DNA from: Acidobacteriota bacterium
GTDB taxonomy: Bacteria; Acidobacteriota; UBA6911; RPQK01; JAJDTT01
DNA: 64,000 bases
Assembly (NCBI GenBank): GCA_965217775.1
Contig: CBDCJH010000002.1
Span: 3,968,001-4,032,000, forward strand
Direction: 5' to 3'
The stretch's first letter is position 1. Every line of letters starts with the position of its first letter. The position numbers were made by a program, and so were the translations under genes. Below the pieces are notes generated by a model. That model was not told where the DNA came from and searched no databases. It saw only the letters and a program-made list of their open reading frames with translations. Below, piece after piece: positions 49,113 through 59,029 of the stretch.

Positions 49113-51149
49113 TTAGAGGATCGGCAAACGAATACCGACCCTGGCGTTGAACCTCGGAGAAGGATAGAAGGCCCGTTCCACCGGAAAGCCGCCCAGAACG
49201 CCGTACTCCGAATACTCCTGGTTCATGATGTTGTTGAAATCCGCAAACAGAGTAAAGCGGTCCCAACGGTAGCTGATTCTCGAATTGAGCAGGAAGTATC
49301 CGTCGTGCTTCCCGAAGCGGTTGCTCCAGTCGCTGTGAAAATATCTTGAGCCCACATAAGTTCCGTTGATGCTGGCGGTCAACCTGGGCGTGATCTGGAC
49401 GAAGAGCTCGGCCGCCAGCTTGTGCGCCGCCACGCCGGGGACCTGACGGCCCGCATACTGGCCGTCCCGGACTCTCGTCTGCACGACGCTGTAGTTGCCT
49501 CTCAGCGTGGCGAGGCCGCGGCTGATGCCGGACGAGAACTCCATTCCCCGTCTTCGAGTCCGGCCCTCGAAGTTCTCGTTGGCGCCGAATCCGAACGCTC
49601 CGCCGGCGGGATTGTAGAAGATCTCCCGGTCGGCATCGATCTGGAAGAAGTTCAACTCCCCGAAGAAACTGCCGCCGAAATAGTGCCGCAAGCCTGTCTC
49701 CAGCCCGTTGGACGTCTGGGGAGTGATGGCGCTGTCGATGGTGTTGGTGAAGAAGTTGAACATCTCGTTCAGGACCGGGTAACGGAAGCTTCCGGAATAG
49801 CCGGCGTAGACGTACGTATCGGGATTGAACCCGTAGTTGATTCCCGTCGTGAAGACGTTCTGATCGTAACTGGCCTGGTCAGGCATGCTGGGCGCGAACC
49901 GAAAGTCGGCCCGATCGTAGCGATAGCCGGCGGACAGCGCGAGGCTCTCCAGCGGATAGAATTCGTCATGGACGTAGAACCCCTGATTCACTTTTTGGAG
50001 CAGAAACGAGTTGGTGGACTCGAAGCCTCCGAAAGCGGACGTGTTCGCGATGTCCTCGGCCGCCTTGATCCAGTCGAATCCCATGCTCAGGTTGTTGGCG
50101 AGGCTGCCGATGCGCTCCCGTATCACCACTCGGGGGGACAGAGCCAGCGTGTCGGTCTGGGTCATCCCCTCGAAGGTCCCGCCGGAGAAGCGGCTGAAGA
50201 AAGAGGAATCTCGTCTTCGGGCGGAGAAATCCAAGGTCAGGGAACTCTGGCTCAGGAAGTTGAGCGTTGGCTGAATCAGAACGTAGGTGTCGCCGGTGTC
50301 GGCGAAGTCGTCCGGATTCAAGGTGTCTGTGCGCGCCGCTCCCGCTTGGAGTTGGCTCTCCCTGAACGCTCCGGGCAATCCAACGTCGTCGGTGTGGTAA
50401 CCGCCGCTCACATCCAACCTTCCGAGGTCGCCCAACTTGAAGCCCAAGCTGCCACCCAGGTCTCCACCCTGAATGTCGCTGTTGTCCCGATAGCCTTCGG
50501 ACTGAAAATAGCTTCCTGAAGCGCCGTACGAAACGTCACCGCGAGAACCGCCGACCTGGCCGCTGGGACGTAGACTTCCGTAACTGCCGCCGGACATCTC
50601 GAGCTCGAGGCGGGTCGGGCCCTCTTCCCGGGTGATGATGTTGATCACTCCGGCGCCGGCGTTGTCCCCGTAGAGAACGCTTCCCCGCCCCCCGCGCGTG
50701 ACCTCGATCCGCTTGACCCGGTCCAATGGGATCTGGAGCCAGTCGACCGCGGTGGAAGCCGGCAGATTCACTTTGCGCCCATCCACAAGGACCAGAGTAT
50801 TGCTTCCGGCCGTTTCGCCGAAGCCCCGAAGATCGACCGAGTAGTGGCGGTGGTTTCCCGTGATGTCGGTGACCTGGACGTTGACCAGGGTCCGGAGCAA
50901 GCCGGGAATATCGACGGCCGTGGAGGCGGCAATGTCCTCCTCGCTGATGACGGTCACGTTTGCGGGAACCCGGACCGACTTCTCCTGGTAGCGGCTCGCC
51001 GTCACCGTGACCTGTTCGGTCGTGGGCAGGCGAAGGGGCGTCACCTTTTCTTCCGCGGGCAGGATAACCGTCAGGAAACCGACCAGACCGAGCGTGCAGA
51101 ACGACCTGGACAGCAGGTCCGGAGCGGGCAATCGGCAATCGTTACGCAT
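49113..51149 (-). CDS. TonB-dependent receptor, probable cobalamin receptor (BtuB-like)
   Basis: VTVTASR TonB box/plug, TLVLVDGR, RIEVTRG.GSVLYG; lies in a riboswitch-headed operon. Confidence 0.85.
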   Translation of the reverse strand: MRNDCRLPAPDLLSRSFCTLGLVGFLTVILPAEEKVTPLRLPTTEQVTVTASRYQEKSVRVPANVTVISEEDIAASTAVDIPGLLRTLVNVQVTDITGNHRHYSVDLRGFGETAGSNTLVLVDGRKVNLPASTAVDWLQIPLDRVKRIEVTRGGRGSVLYGDNAGAGVINIITREEGPTRLELEMSGGSYGSLRPSGQVGGSRGDVSYGASGSYFQSEGYRDNSDIQGGDLGGSLGFKLGDLGRLDVSGGYHTDDVGLPGAFRESQLQAGAARTDTLNPDDFADTGDTYVLIQPTLNFLSQSSLTLDFSARRRDSSFFSRFSGGTFEGMTQTDTLALSPRVVIRERIGSLANNLSMGFDWIKAAEDIANTSAFGGFESTNSFLLQKVNQGFYVHDEFYPLESLALSAGYRYDRADFRFAPSMPDQASYDQNVFTTGINYGFNPDTYVYAGYSGSFRYPVLNEMFNFFTNTIDSAITPQTSNGLETGLRHYFGGSFFGELNFFQIDADREIFYNPAGGAFGFGANENFEGRTRRRGMEFSSGISRGLATLRGNYSVVQTRVRDGQYAGRQVPGVAAHKLAAELFVQITPRLTASINGTYVGSRYFHSDWSNRFGKHDGYFLLNSRISYRWDRFTLFADFNNIMNQEYSEYGVLGGFPVERAFYPSPRFNARVGIRLPIL

Positions 51150-51204
51150 CGGGTTTTCCTACAGATCAGAAACCCTTCCCCGGTCTATCCCCTCTCCTCT
51201 TTCC

Positions 51205-52128
51205 CTATTTTTCCCAGCGTCTCCACCCGGTCCCGCGGTGCCCAAAATCGAACAGTCCCGGATGCAGGATTTCCGCCAGTATCTCGGCCGATTCCACGAC
51301 GCGGGGTCCGGGCCGATTGAAGTACTGGTTCCCGTCCGTCACGAACACGCGCCCGTTCCGGACTGCGGACAGTTGCGGCCATCCCGGATGGGTCACCAGC
51401 GGCGGCATCTCGCCACAGGTGCGTTCGATATCGAAGCCACACGGCAATATGGCGATGACGTCAGGATCGGCAGCCGCAAGCTTCTCGAACTCGAAATAAC
51501 CGGAGTGTTTCCCCGACTCACCGAAAAGGTTCGCACCGCCGGCGCAGGAGACCAGCTCCGGCATCCAGTTGGCGGCGCTCATGAGAGGGTCGATCCACTC
51601 GATACACGCAATGGACGGACGGGTCCGCGCCGACTCCGCCCGTGCACGAATCCCTTGGAGCCGATCCGTGAGACGAGTCACGAGATCGTCACCGCGTCCC
51701 GGGTCCCCAAGGGCTGACGCCACCTTTCGGATGTCCTCCCAAACGTCGCTCAAGGACATGGGTTCCAAGGAGACGATCGCGGGCTGCGATGTGACGAGCT
51801 CGCAAACCGCCTTTTCCACGTCCTTCAGACTCACGGCGCAGACTTCGCACTGGGTCTGCGTGATGACGACGGTCGGCGCCAGACGATTCAGGAGGTCGGG
51901 ATCGACACGGTATACGGACAGCCCTTCGGAGACGATGGTTCGGACCTGGTCGTCGATAGCCCGACTGACGGCATCCACTTCGACCTTGGAACTCGAGCAG
52001 GTCGGAAGCCGAGAGACGGAGGCAGGAAAGTCGCACTCGTGGGATCGGCCTACGAGCTCGTCCTCGAAGCCGAGCCCACATACGATCTCCGTCGCACTGG
52101 CAATAAGTGAGACGATCCGATGTGACAT
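51205..52128 (-). CDS. Cobalamin-binding protein (helical backbone metal receptor), no signal peptide
   Basis: RIVSLIASATEIVCGLG, VGRSHECDFP, TQTQCEVCAV, YFNRPGPR. Confidence 0.85.
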   Translation of the reverse strand: MSHRIVSLIASATEIVCGLGFEDELVGRSHECDFPASVSRLPTCSSSKVEVDAVSRAIDDQVRTIVSEGLSVYRVDPDLLNRLAPTVVITQTQCEVCAVSLKDVEKAVCELVTSQPAIVSLEPMSLSDVWEDIRKVASALGDPGRGDDLVTRLTDRLQGIRARAESARTRPSIACIEWIDPLMSAANWMPELVSCAGGANLFGESGKHSGYFEFEKLAAADPDVIAILPCGFDIERTCGEMPPLVTHPGWPQLSAVRNGRVFVTDGNQYFNRPGPRVVESAEILAEILHPGLFDFGHRGTGWRRWEK

Positions 52129-52137
52129 TACGCTTCG

Positions 52138-52743
52138 TCAAACGCCATGGGAGGCGAACGAGTATGCCCGGGCCGGCACCGGCTGTTTCAAGGCCACACG
52201 ACTGAACAGCAGGGGGAGGAAAACCGCCATGCTGATCAACGTGTTCCGAAAATAGGGGATCCCTCGTACGTAGCAGTCGGTGAGGCCGGCGAGCGTCTGC
52301 GGATAGAGTGTTCTTCCACTGAATGCCCAGAGACCGAAATTGGTCACCAGGTAGAACCCTACCGACGAGATCAGTCCTGCGGCCGCCACCCGGGCCCATG
52401 AATGCTGACCCCTCAGAGCCAAGCCCGTTGTGGCCACCAGCGCGACCGACAGATAGACCACCGGTTGAAACGAGTAGAACGCCCAATCGAACCGCCCGGT
52501 CAGCGCCCAGATGCCCAGGTCGCCGATCAGGTAAGTCGCAAGGGGGATCGCATAGACCATGATCCGCCGACCGTAGAAAGCCCCGCCGAAGATGCAGACC
52601 GGCAGAATCGGAGAGAAATTCCACGGGTAGGCGGTATTTTCGGGATCGATCGAGATTCCGAAATGAGAGAGTGCGTAGGGCGCCAGCCGAGCGGCGAGGC
52701 CCAATGCAAGGAGCACCAGAATCAGAGAGAACCGAGGTTTCAT
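52138..52743 (-). CDS. DUF6580-like membrane transporter (ECF S-component-like)
   Basis: About six TM segments, PWNFSPI..CIFGG, FYLVTNFGLW, YP.TLAGL..CY..GIPYF; SD AGGAG before ATG 52743. Confidence 0.72.
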   Translation of the reverse strand: MKPRFSLILVLLALGLAARLAPYALSHFGISIDPENTAYPWNFSPILPVCIFGGAFYGRRIMVYAIPLATYLIGDLGIWALTGRFDWAFYSFQPVVYLSVALVATTGLALRGQHSWARVAAAGLISSVGFYLVTNFGLWAFSGRTLYPQTLAGLTDCYVRGIPYFRNTLISMAVFLPLLFSRVALKQPVPARAYSFASHGV

Positions 52744-52756
52744 CCATCTCCTCCTT

Positions 52757-53518
52757 TCACTCTTGGGGACGGTGTCGTCCAGCGTCGGCGCGGCGAGCTG
52801 GAACCAGGTCGCAGAACGCGAAGCCGTCACGCTCGACGACTCCTCCCGGAGACACGCAAACGGACCGGCGGAAGATCGGTCCATTGAAAACGAAAGTATG
52901 AAACTCGCCATTCTCGCCGCACGGGTCGACGCCGGGCGGCAGATCGGCCAGGAAAGCCTCATTGAATCGGAGGCCGGCGAAAGCCGCACCCAGGACCGCC
53001 AGGTTCACGCAGACGATCACGGCCTCGAATCCATTCCTGATGAACTGGCGTGCGAGCTTGCCGGTGTCCTGCTTCCAGAGCGGGAAGACGCACTCGAGAT
53101 TCCAAGCCGCCAGTTGATCTTCTCGGTAGGTTCTCAGGTCATCGAGAAAGATGTCGCCGAAGGCCACGCGCCGGATGCCGGAAGCCTGCAAGCGGGCGAA
53201 CGCATGCCCCATCTCGCGCTCATAGACGGCGTTGGTGCAGACTCGAGGAACCGCGACTTCCGTCATGGGAATCCCGATGGCACGGGACTGGTCCCTGAGC
53301 AGCGTGCGGCGAACGCCGTGCATGCTGACGCGGTCGAAATCGGCGTTGACCGTGGTCAAAAAGGACCTTACGAAGTACGTGTTCGCGCGGTGGATCTCCC
53401 ACAAGGCAAGCGAGCTGTCCTTTCCCCCACTGAAGCACATGGCGATGGCCTCGCCGTTCGTGTTCAGATTCGGATTAACTGCCGCACCCGCCGCTGATTT
53501 TGGTTCAACTCCGCTCAT
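52757..53518 (-). CDS. Dph6/MJ0570-family ATP pyrophosphatase (diphthine-ammonia ligase-like)
   Basis: PP-loop FSGGKDS, RVSMHGV, AFGDIFL, VDPCGENGEFHTFVFNGPIF. Confidence 0.88.
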   Translation of the reverse strand: MSGVEPKSAAGAAVNPNLNTNGEAIAMCFSGGKDSSLALWEIHRANTYFVRSFLTTVNADFDRVSMHGVRRTLLRDQSRAIGIPMTEVAVPRVCTNAVYEREMGHAFARLQASGIRRVAFGDIFLDDLRTYREDQLAAWNLECVFPLWKQDTGKLARQFIRNGFEAVIVCVNLAVLGAAFAGLRFNEAFLADLPPGVDPCGENGEFHTFVFNGPIFRRSVCVSPGGVVERDGFAFCDLVPARRADAGRHRPQE

Positions 53519-53611
53519 GGTCCCTCGACCACGACCCGAAGGTTCGACGAGGAAGAAAGGCAGGCCCGAGCGCCCCTGTTCCCTCCCTCGAAGGTCCAGG
53601 TCAATGGAAAT

Positions 53612-53792
53612 GACGCCGGCAGGTCTTCGGACTCACGGGCAATCGGCTGTGGCCGATCCTACTGGCCGTCGCTTCCCAACTCCTCGGAGCCAGTGCTATG
53701 ACGGCGGTCGTTCCCGTTTACCGCTGCGGGGCAGTCCCGGACTTTCACCGGGTTCCCTCTTGCCGCTCCGGCTGGCCGGAGCACCAACGCGA
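53612..53792 (-). ncRNA. Cobalamin riboswitch
   Basis: Minus strand AGGGAACCCGGTGAAAGTCCGGGACTGCCCCGCAGCGGT...CACTGG...GGGAAG...GAGTCCGAAGACCTGCC, upstream of a B12 uptake operon. Confidence 0.95.
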
Positions 53793-53911
53793 AGTCAACG
53801 TAACCGAAGCAGCAGGCCGGGTCAAGCCCGCAGGGGCCGTTGACCACGGTTCCAACCGCAACCGGATGGGCTTCTGCCCCCGATGGCGGCGGCTGGGATA
53901 GAATCCGCATC

Positions 53912-55258
53912 GTGCTCGGCTTGCGAGTCCTCTGGTCGACCTATCTGCTGATCGGCGTTCCGTTCGCCGTTGCCTGGGACCTGCAAGCCGGTGTTTCCGA
54001 TCCTGAGAAAGAATCCCCAGTTTCAAAGTCCGCTTCCCCGGAGGAGACGCGGGCCGGACGCTGGAAACAGAAGCGAATCGACAAGCGATCCCGCGTCACT
54101 CCGCCTCGTGCCGGCGGATTCGAGAAGGCTCTTCTCTGGGTTGAAAAGAGGGGATTGGGAGTGTCGCGCAACACCGGTTCCGCTGGAGTCCGTCCAGTCG
54201 TGGGAGTGCTGGGCCCGCGGTCCGGCGTCGCCCTGGGCGCCCGCTACTGGCGGCCGGACTTGGGACGCAGCCGGCTCGACGTGGCCCTGACGGGGGGCTA
54301 TTCCATCCGCGGATACCAACTTTATGACCTGCAGTTCGGCCGGATCCAGGACTTCGGTTCCGGGTTCGAACCCGACCCGGAAGACCACGGGATCCGGCAA
54401 CGAGCCGAGCCGGGCAACTCGACGGAACGGCTCAGCGTCTTCGGCCGGGTCCGCTACCGCAACTTTCCCAGGCAGAACTATTTCGGACCGGGCACGGACT
54501 CGAGGGAGGGAGACCGCAGCGATTATCGCCTGGAGGAGGTCTTCTACGGGAAAGCAGTCCGTTACCGGGCCAGCACATGGCTGCGGGGAGAGTGGGAGGT
54601 GGGGCTGCTTCAAGTGAACACCGGTCCCGGAACCGATCCCGGCGCGGTTCCCATCGGAAGCGTCTTCGACGACGTCACCACCCCCGGCCTCACCCACCAA
54701 CCCGGATTCTTCCGGACGAGAGCCGCTGTCACCGTGGACTTTCGGGACCAGCCGGAAAACAACCATTCGGGCGGCGTGGTGGACCTTTCCTGGTCCCGCC
54801 ATACCCAAGTGGGCGGGACCGACTACCATTTCTCCGGCTTCGCGGTGCAGGCGCGTCAATATCTGCCGTTGGGCTCCCGCCAGCGGGTTCTGGCCCTGCG
54901 TTTCCTGACCTCGACGACCCATCCCGAGAGCGGAAGCCGGGTGCCGTTTTACTTTCAGCCCACGCTGGGGAGCCCCCATATTCTGAGGGCCTTCAAGGAT
55001 CAGCGGTTCCGGGACCGAAATCTGATCTACCTCTCGGCCGAGTATCGTTGGGAGGCGGCGCCGGCGCTGGAGCTGGCCCTCTTCTACGACACCGGAAAGG
55101 TGTTTCGGAACCGGTCCGACTTCAACTTGATGGGACTCCGGAAGAACTTGGGATTCGGGATCCGATTCAAGAGCCGGGACCGTGTTCTCTTCCGGGTGGA
55201 TTTGGCGAGAGGCCGGGAAGATACGCGGATCTGCGTCACGGTCGGCCCGGCGTTCTAG
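53912..55258 (+). CDS. Omp85/BamA-TamA family beta-barrel protein (start uncertain, 53840-53912)
   Basis: NYFGPG, VPFYFQPTLG..LRAF..RFRD, SAEYRW, FYDTGKV, LGFGIRF, C-terminal Phe. Confidence 0.8.
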   Translation: MLGLRVLWSTYLLIGVPFAVAWDLQAGVSDPEKESPVSKSASPEETRAGRWKQKRIDKRSRVTPPRAGGFEKALLWVEKRGLGVSRNTGSAGVRPVVGVLGPRSGVALGARYWRPDLGRSRLDVALTGGYSIRGYQLYDLQFGRIQDFGSGFEPDPEDHGIRQRAEPGNSTERLSVFGRVRYRNFPRQNYFGPGTDSREGDRSDYRLEEVFYGKAVRYRASTWLRGEWEVGLLQVNTGPGTDPGAVPIGSVFDDVTTPGLTHQPGFFRTRAAVTVDFRDQPENNHSGGVVDLSWSRHTQVGGTDYHFSGFAVQARQYLPLGSRQRVLALRFLTSTTHPESGSRVPFYFQPTLGSPHILRAFKDQRFRDRNLIYLSAEYRWEAAPALELALFYDTGKVFRNRSDFNLMGLRKNLGFGIRFKSRDRVLFRVDLARGREDTRICVTVGPAF

Positions 55259-55276
55259 GGGGAAGATTTGGAGTTG

Positions 55277-56926
55277 ATGCACCCTCGGATCACGTCTCTG
55301 GTCCTGCTGCTGGGCTGCTTGACGGCTGTTACCCCCTCCATCCACGCGCAGAAGTTTCTGCCCGATGATCCCCTCCGGGTCGATGCCGACGATCTTCCCA
55401 TTCCCAGGCCCGAGTCCCGCTCCCTCAGCCAGATCATGGACCTGCTGGAGAATTCGTTCTCCAACCGTGCCGCCCAGGGAGAGGGCATCCTCCCGGCCCA
55501 GAACGTGAACACGCTGGGCGAGGTCCCCGATTCCAGTTGGTTTCAGAATCGGCTGGGCAGACGGTCCATGAGTCCGGCCGAGTTGGCACGAGGTCCCAAC
55601 CGGCAAGCACCTGACGTCTCCCGGCCCTGGCAGGTCGTTTCCGGGAAATCGGAGGGAATCACTCCCGGATTCACCATCCGCGACAGCAGGGGAGAAGTCT
55701 ATTTCCTCAAGTTCGACCCGCGAGATCATCCTCAACTGGCCACCTCCGCGGAAGCCATCAGCACTCGATTCTTCCACGCCTTCGGTTATCACGTCCCCGA
55801 AAACCACCTGGTCCGGATCTCACCCGGCAACTTGCTGGCGGACTCCGATTCGGTGCTGCGCGAGGGACGGGGAAAGAAGCGGGTCATGGTGCAGGCGGAC
55901 GTGGAACGGATTCTCCGGCTGGTTCCCAGACTGCCGGACGGAAAAATCCAGGTGCTGGCCAGCCGGCTTCTGCCGGGACGTCCCCTGGGGCCGTTCGAGT
56001 ACTTCGGAACCCGGAGCGACGACGCCAACGACGTCTTCCGGCACGAGAACCGGAGAGAGCTGCGAGGCCTCCGGATCTTCGCCGCCTGGTTGAACCACGA
56101 CGATTCCCGAAGCATCAACACGCTGGACATGTATCTCCCCCGGGGCGAACAGGGGTACGTGAAACACCACCTGCTGGATTTCGGCTCCTGCCTGGGAAGC
56201 GGAAGCGTCGAGATGCAGAGTCTCCGGGGCGGCAACGAGTACCTGCTGGAGCGGACTCCCATTCTCAAGGCAGCCGTGACTCTGGGCATCTGGGACCGTC
56301 CCTGGAGACGTGTGCACTACCCCGAGCACCCCGGCGTCGGGCGTTTTGAAGCAGACTACTTCCAGCCTCAGGATTGGAAACCCGAGTACCCCAACCCGGC
56401 CTTCGAACGCATGCTCCCGGAAGACGCCTTCTGGGCGGTCCGCATCCTGATGCGGCTGAACGAGGAATCGATTCGGGCGGTGGTGCGGACGGGGCAACTG
56501 GTCGACGCCGAGTCGGAGGAGTATCTGGTCCGGACGCTCCTGGAGCGGAGCCGGAAGATCGTTCGCCACTATCTGGCGGGAATCAATCCCCTGGACGGAT
56601 TTCGGGTCCGGGATCGAAATGGTTCCGTGGCCCTGGAGTTTTCGGATCTGTCCCTGCAGGAAGCCCCGAAGCGGAACCGGAACTATCGATACCAATGGTT
56701 CAGCTTCGACAACGGAAGCCAACAAAGTGAATCCCTGGGTCCTGCAGCGTCTTCGGCCAGCCTCTCCATCCCCCTTCCCCGGGCCAGACCGCAATTCTTG
56801 AAGGTGCGCATCCGACCCGTCGAAATCCAGGATGCCGGCGGTTCTCACCCGGTGTGCGTCTACCTACGGACTCAGCCCGAAATGGCGGTCGCGGGGATTG
56901 ATCGCGGGAAGGGCGCCGAACCGTAG
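55277..56926 (+). CDS. Secreted hypothetical protein with protein-kinase-like motifs
   Basis: Signal peptide ..IHA|Q; GKSEGITP, YFLKFD, SAE, WLNHDDSRSIN, LLDFG. Confidence 0.6.
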   Translation: MHPRITSLVLLLGCLTAVTPSIHAQKFLPDDPLRVDADDLPIPRPESRSLSQIMDLLENSFSNRAAQGEGILPAQNVNTLGEVPDSSWFQNRLGRRSMSPAELARGPNRQAPDVSRPWQVVSGKSEGITPGFTIRDSRGEVYFLKFDPRDHPQLATSAEAISTRFFHAFGYHVPENHLVRISPGNLLADSDSVLREGRGKKRVMVQADVERILRLVPRLPDGKIQVLASRLLPGRPLGPFEYFGTRSDDANDVFRHENRRELRGLRIFAAWLNHDDSRSINTLDMYLPRGEQGYVKHHLLDFGSCLGSGSVEMQSLRGGNEYLLERTPILKAAVTLGIWDRPWRRVHYPEHPGVGRFEADYFQPQDWKPEYPNPAFERMLPEDAFWAVRILMRLNEESIRAVVRTGQLVDAESEEYLVRTLLERSRKIVRHYLAGINPLDGFRVRDRNGSVALEFSDLSLQEAPKRNRNYRYQWFSFDNGSQQSESLGPAASSASLSIPLPRARPQFLKVRIRPVEIQDAGGSHPVCVYLRTQPEMAVAGIDRGKGAEP

Positions 56927-57013
56927 ACTGGCTCTCGAACCCAAAGTCCCAAGTCCGCGGGCGGGACGACGGCACCCGTGGCAGAAGTCGCCGGAGGTGC
57001 CTATACTGATTCC

Positions 57014-58387
57014 ATGAACCGCCGTGAACTGTTGTCGCTGATGGGCGCCGGCTTCGGCACGGTGGGATTGTCCGGGTCCCTGGGCGCGGCCTCCCGAGGC
57101 GGCTCCACGTCAGCGGGAGTCCCGCATTTCCCCGCCCGTGCCAAACACGTGATCTTCCTCTTCCTCAACGGCGGCCTCTCCCAGGTGGACAGCTTCGACC
57201 CCAAACCGGAGCTGGACCGGCACCACGGGAAACCCATGCCTGGCCCCAAGATCCGGACCGACAGCGCCACCGGAAACCTGATGAAGTCCCCGTTCCGATT
57301 CCGGCCACGGGGTGAGAGTGGAATCCTGGTGTCCGAGATCTTCCCCCGGATCGGAGGTCTCATCGACGACTTCTGCGTGATCCGGTCCATGTACTCGGAC
57401 AACGGCAATCACGTCCCTTCCCTCTACCTCATGAACTGCGGTCACCAACTGGCCGGCCACCCCTCCATGGGCTCGTGGATCACCTACGGACTGGGCTCGG
57501 AGAATGAGAATCTACCCGCTTTCGTGGTCCTTTGTCCCGGGTATCCGGTGGGCGGTTCCCAGCTCTGGTCCTCGGCTTTCCTGCCCAACTCGTACCAGGG
57601 GACCTACATCCCCAATAACGAGACCGACCCGGAGAAACTGGTCCGCAACGTCCGCAACTCCTCTTTCAGCCCGCACCAACAGCGGCGCCAGCTGGAACTC
57701 CTGGACCGGCTCAATCGGCGCTACCTGGACCGGGTTGGGCATCAGCCGCAGCTGGAATCGGGAATCCAGGCCATGGAAGTGGCCTTCCGGATGCAGATGG
57801 AGGCGCCGTTGGCACTGGACGTCACTCGGGAGAGGGGCTCGACTCGCTCCAGGTATGGCGACACCGACTTCGCCCGCGGTTGCCTGATGGCGCTCCGCCT
57901 CGTCGAACACGGCGTGCGCATGGTCCAGGTCTTCTACGGCAAGTCCCAACCCTGGGACAGCCATGACGACATCCTGGACCATCGGATCCTGGCGGCGGAC
58001 GCGGACCGGGCCATCGCCGCCTTGATTCAGGACCTGAAGCTGCGGGGCCTGTTCGAAGAAACCCTTCTCATCGTGGGGAGCGAGTTCGGCCGAACCCCTA
58101 TGATTCAGAACAGCGGACTAGTGAAGTACGGGTATGGCCGGGACCATAACGTCCACGGCTACACCACGCTCCTGACCGGGGCCGGCGTCCGGGGAGGCAT
58201 GACGTACGGCGCCACCGACGATTTCGGCTTCAAGGCGGTGGAGAATCGCGTCCACCCCCACGACCTGCACGCCACCGTCCTGCACCTGCTGGGACTGGAT
58301 CACACGAAGCTCACCTATCGCTACGGAGGACGGGACTTCCGCCTGACCGACGTGGGAGGCCGGGTGATCGGGGAAATTCTGAGCTGA
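57014..58387 (+). CDS. DUF1501 family protein
   Basis: MNRRELL, AKHVIFLFLNGGLSQVDSFDPKP, WDSH, SEFGRTP, GRDH. Confidence 0.9.
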   Translation: MNRRELLSLMGAGFGTVGLSGSLGAASRGGSTSAGVPHFPARAKHVIFLFLNGGLSQVDSFDPKPELDRHHGKPMPGPKIRTDSATGNLMKSPFRFRPRGESGILVSEIFPRIGGLIDDFCVIRSMYSDNGNHVPSLYLMNCGHQLAGHPSMGSWITYGLGSENENLPAFVVLCPGYPVGGSQLWSSAFLPNSYQGTYIPNNETDPEKLVRNVRNSSFSPHQQRRQLELLDRLNRRYLDRVGHQPQLESGIQAMEVAFRMQMEAPLALDVTRERGSTRSRYGDTDFARGCLMALRLVEHGVRMVQVFYGKSQPWDSHDDILDHRILAADADRAIAALIQDLKLRGLFEETLLIVGSEFGRTPMIQNSGLVKYGYGRDHNVHGYTTLLTGAGVRGGMTYGATDDFGFKAVENRVHPHDLHATVLHLLGLDHTKLTYRYGGRDFRLTDVGGRVIGEILS

Positions 58388-58499
58388 CCCGATCTACTGA
58401 AGGAACTGTTTGCGGGGGGGCGCCATTCCGGCGTCCCCGGTCACCGATCATTGACCGGTGACGCGGGGACAAAACGGATCGCGCCCCGAAATCGAAAAA

Positions 58500-58826
58500 C
58501 TACCAGCGGCCTCGCCCGCGGCTCCCGTAACCGCCACCGCCGCCGCCGCCGCCGCCATATCCGCCGCCGCCGGACCGTCTCTCACGAGGACGCGCCTCGT
58601 TCACCGTCAAGGTCCTGCCGCCCAACTGACTGCCGTTCAAGGCACTGATGGCCTTTGTGGCGTCCGCGTCGTCCATTTCGACGAACCCGAACCCACGAGA
58701 CTGGCCGGTCATTCTGTCGGTGATCACTCGGGCCGATTGCACGGGACCGAATTCGGAGAATACCTCCTCCAACTGATCATCGTTGACTGCGTAGGGCAGT
58801 CCCCCTACATAAATGTTCTTCCTCAT
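58500..58826 (-). CDS. RRM RNA-binding protein with Gly-rich tail
   Basis: RNP2 IYVGGL, RNP1 RGFGFVEM, LTVNEARP, GGGG/RGRGRW tail; SD AGGAGG. Confidence 0.95.
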   Translation of the reverse strand: MRKNIYVGGLPYAVNDDQLEEVFSEFGPVQSARVITDRMTGQSRGFGFVEMDDADATKAISALNGSQLGGRTLTVNEARPRERRSGGGGYGGGGGGGGGYGSRGRGRW

Positions 58827-59029
58827 TTTCTCCTCCTAATTGCAAGAAATGGAGCCATCCACCCTGAGACGCCAACTGCAAAAGGAGCAGAGCCGGGCCC
58901 GATTCTGTGTGGTTCCACGATCCGATCGGTGATTCCTAGGGAGTCTTTCGCAGGGATGACACTAACTCGGGCTCTCAGCACCTGTTTGCGACGTTACCTT
59001 TGGAGCCCTCTATTGAACAAGACGGCGGC

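Noticed and set aside
58434-58468. Hairpin GTCACCG/CGGTGAC between convergent genes
   Set aside because: Plausible terminator but no clear U-tract adjoining the stem; not called.
58520-58572. GCC-rich repeat run
   Set aside because: Encodes the Gly-rich tail of the RRM protein; not an independent repeat element.
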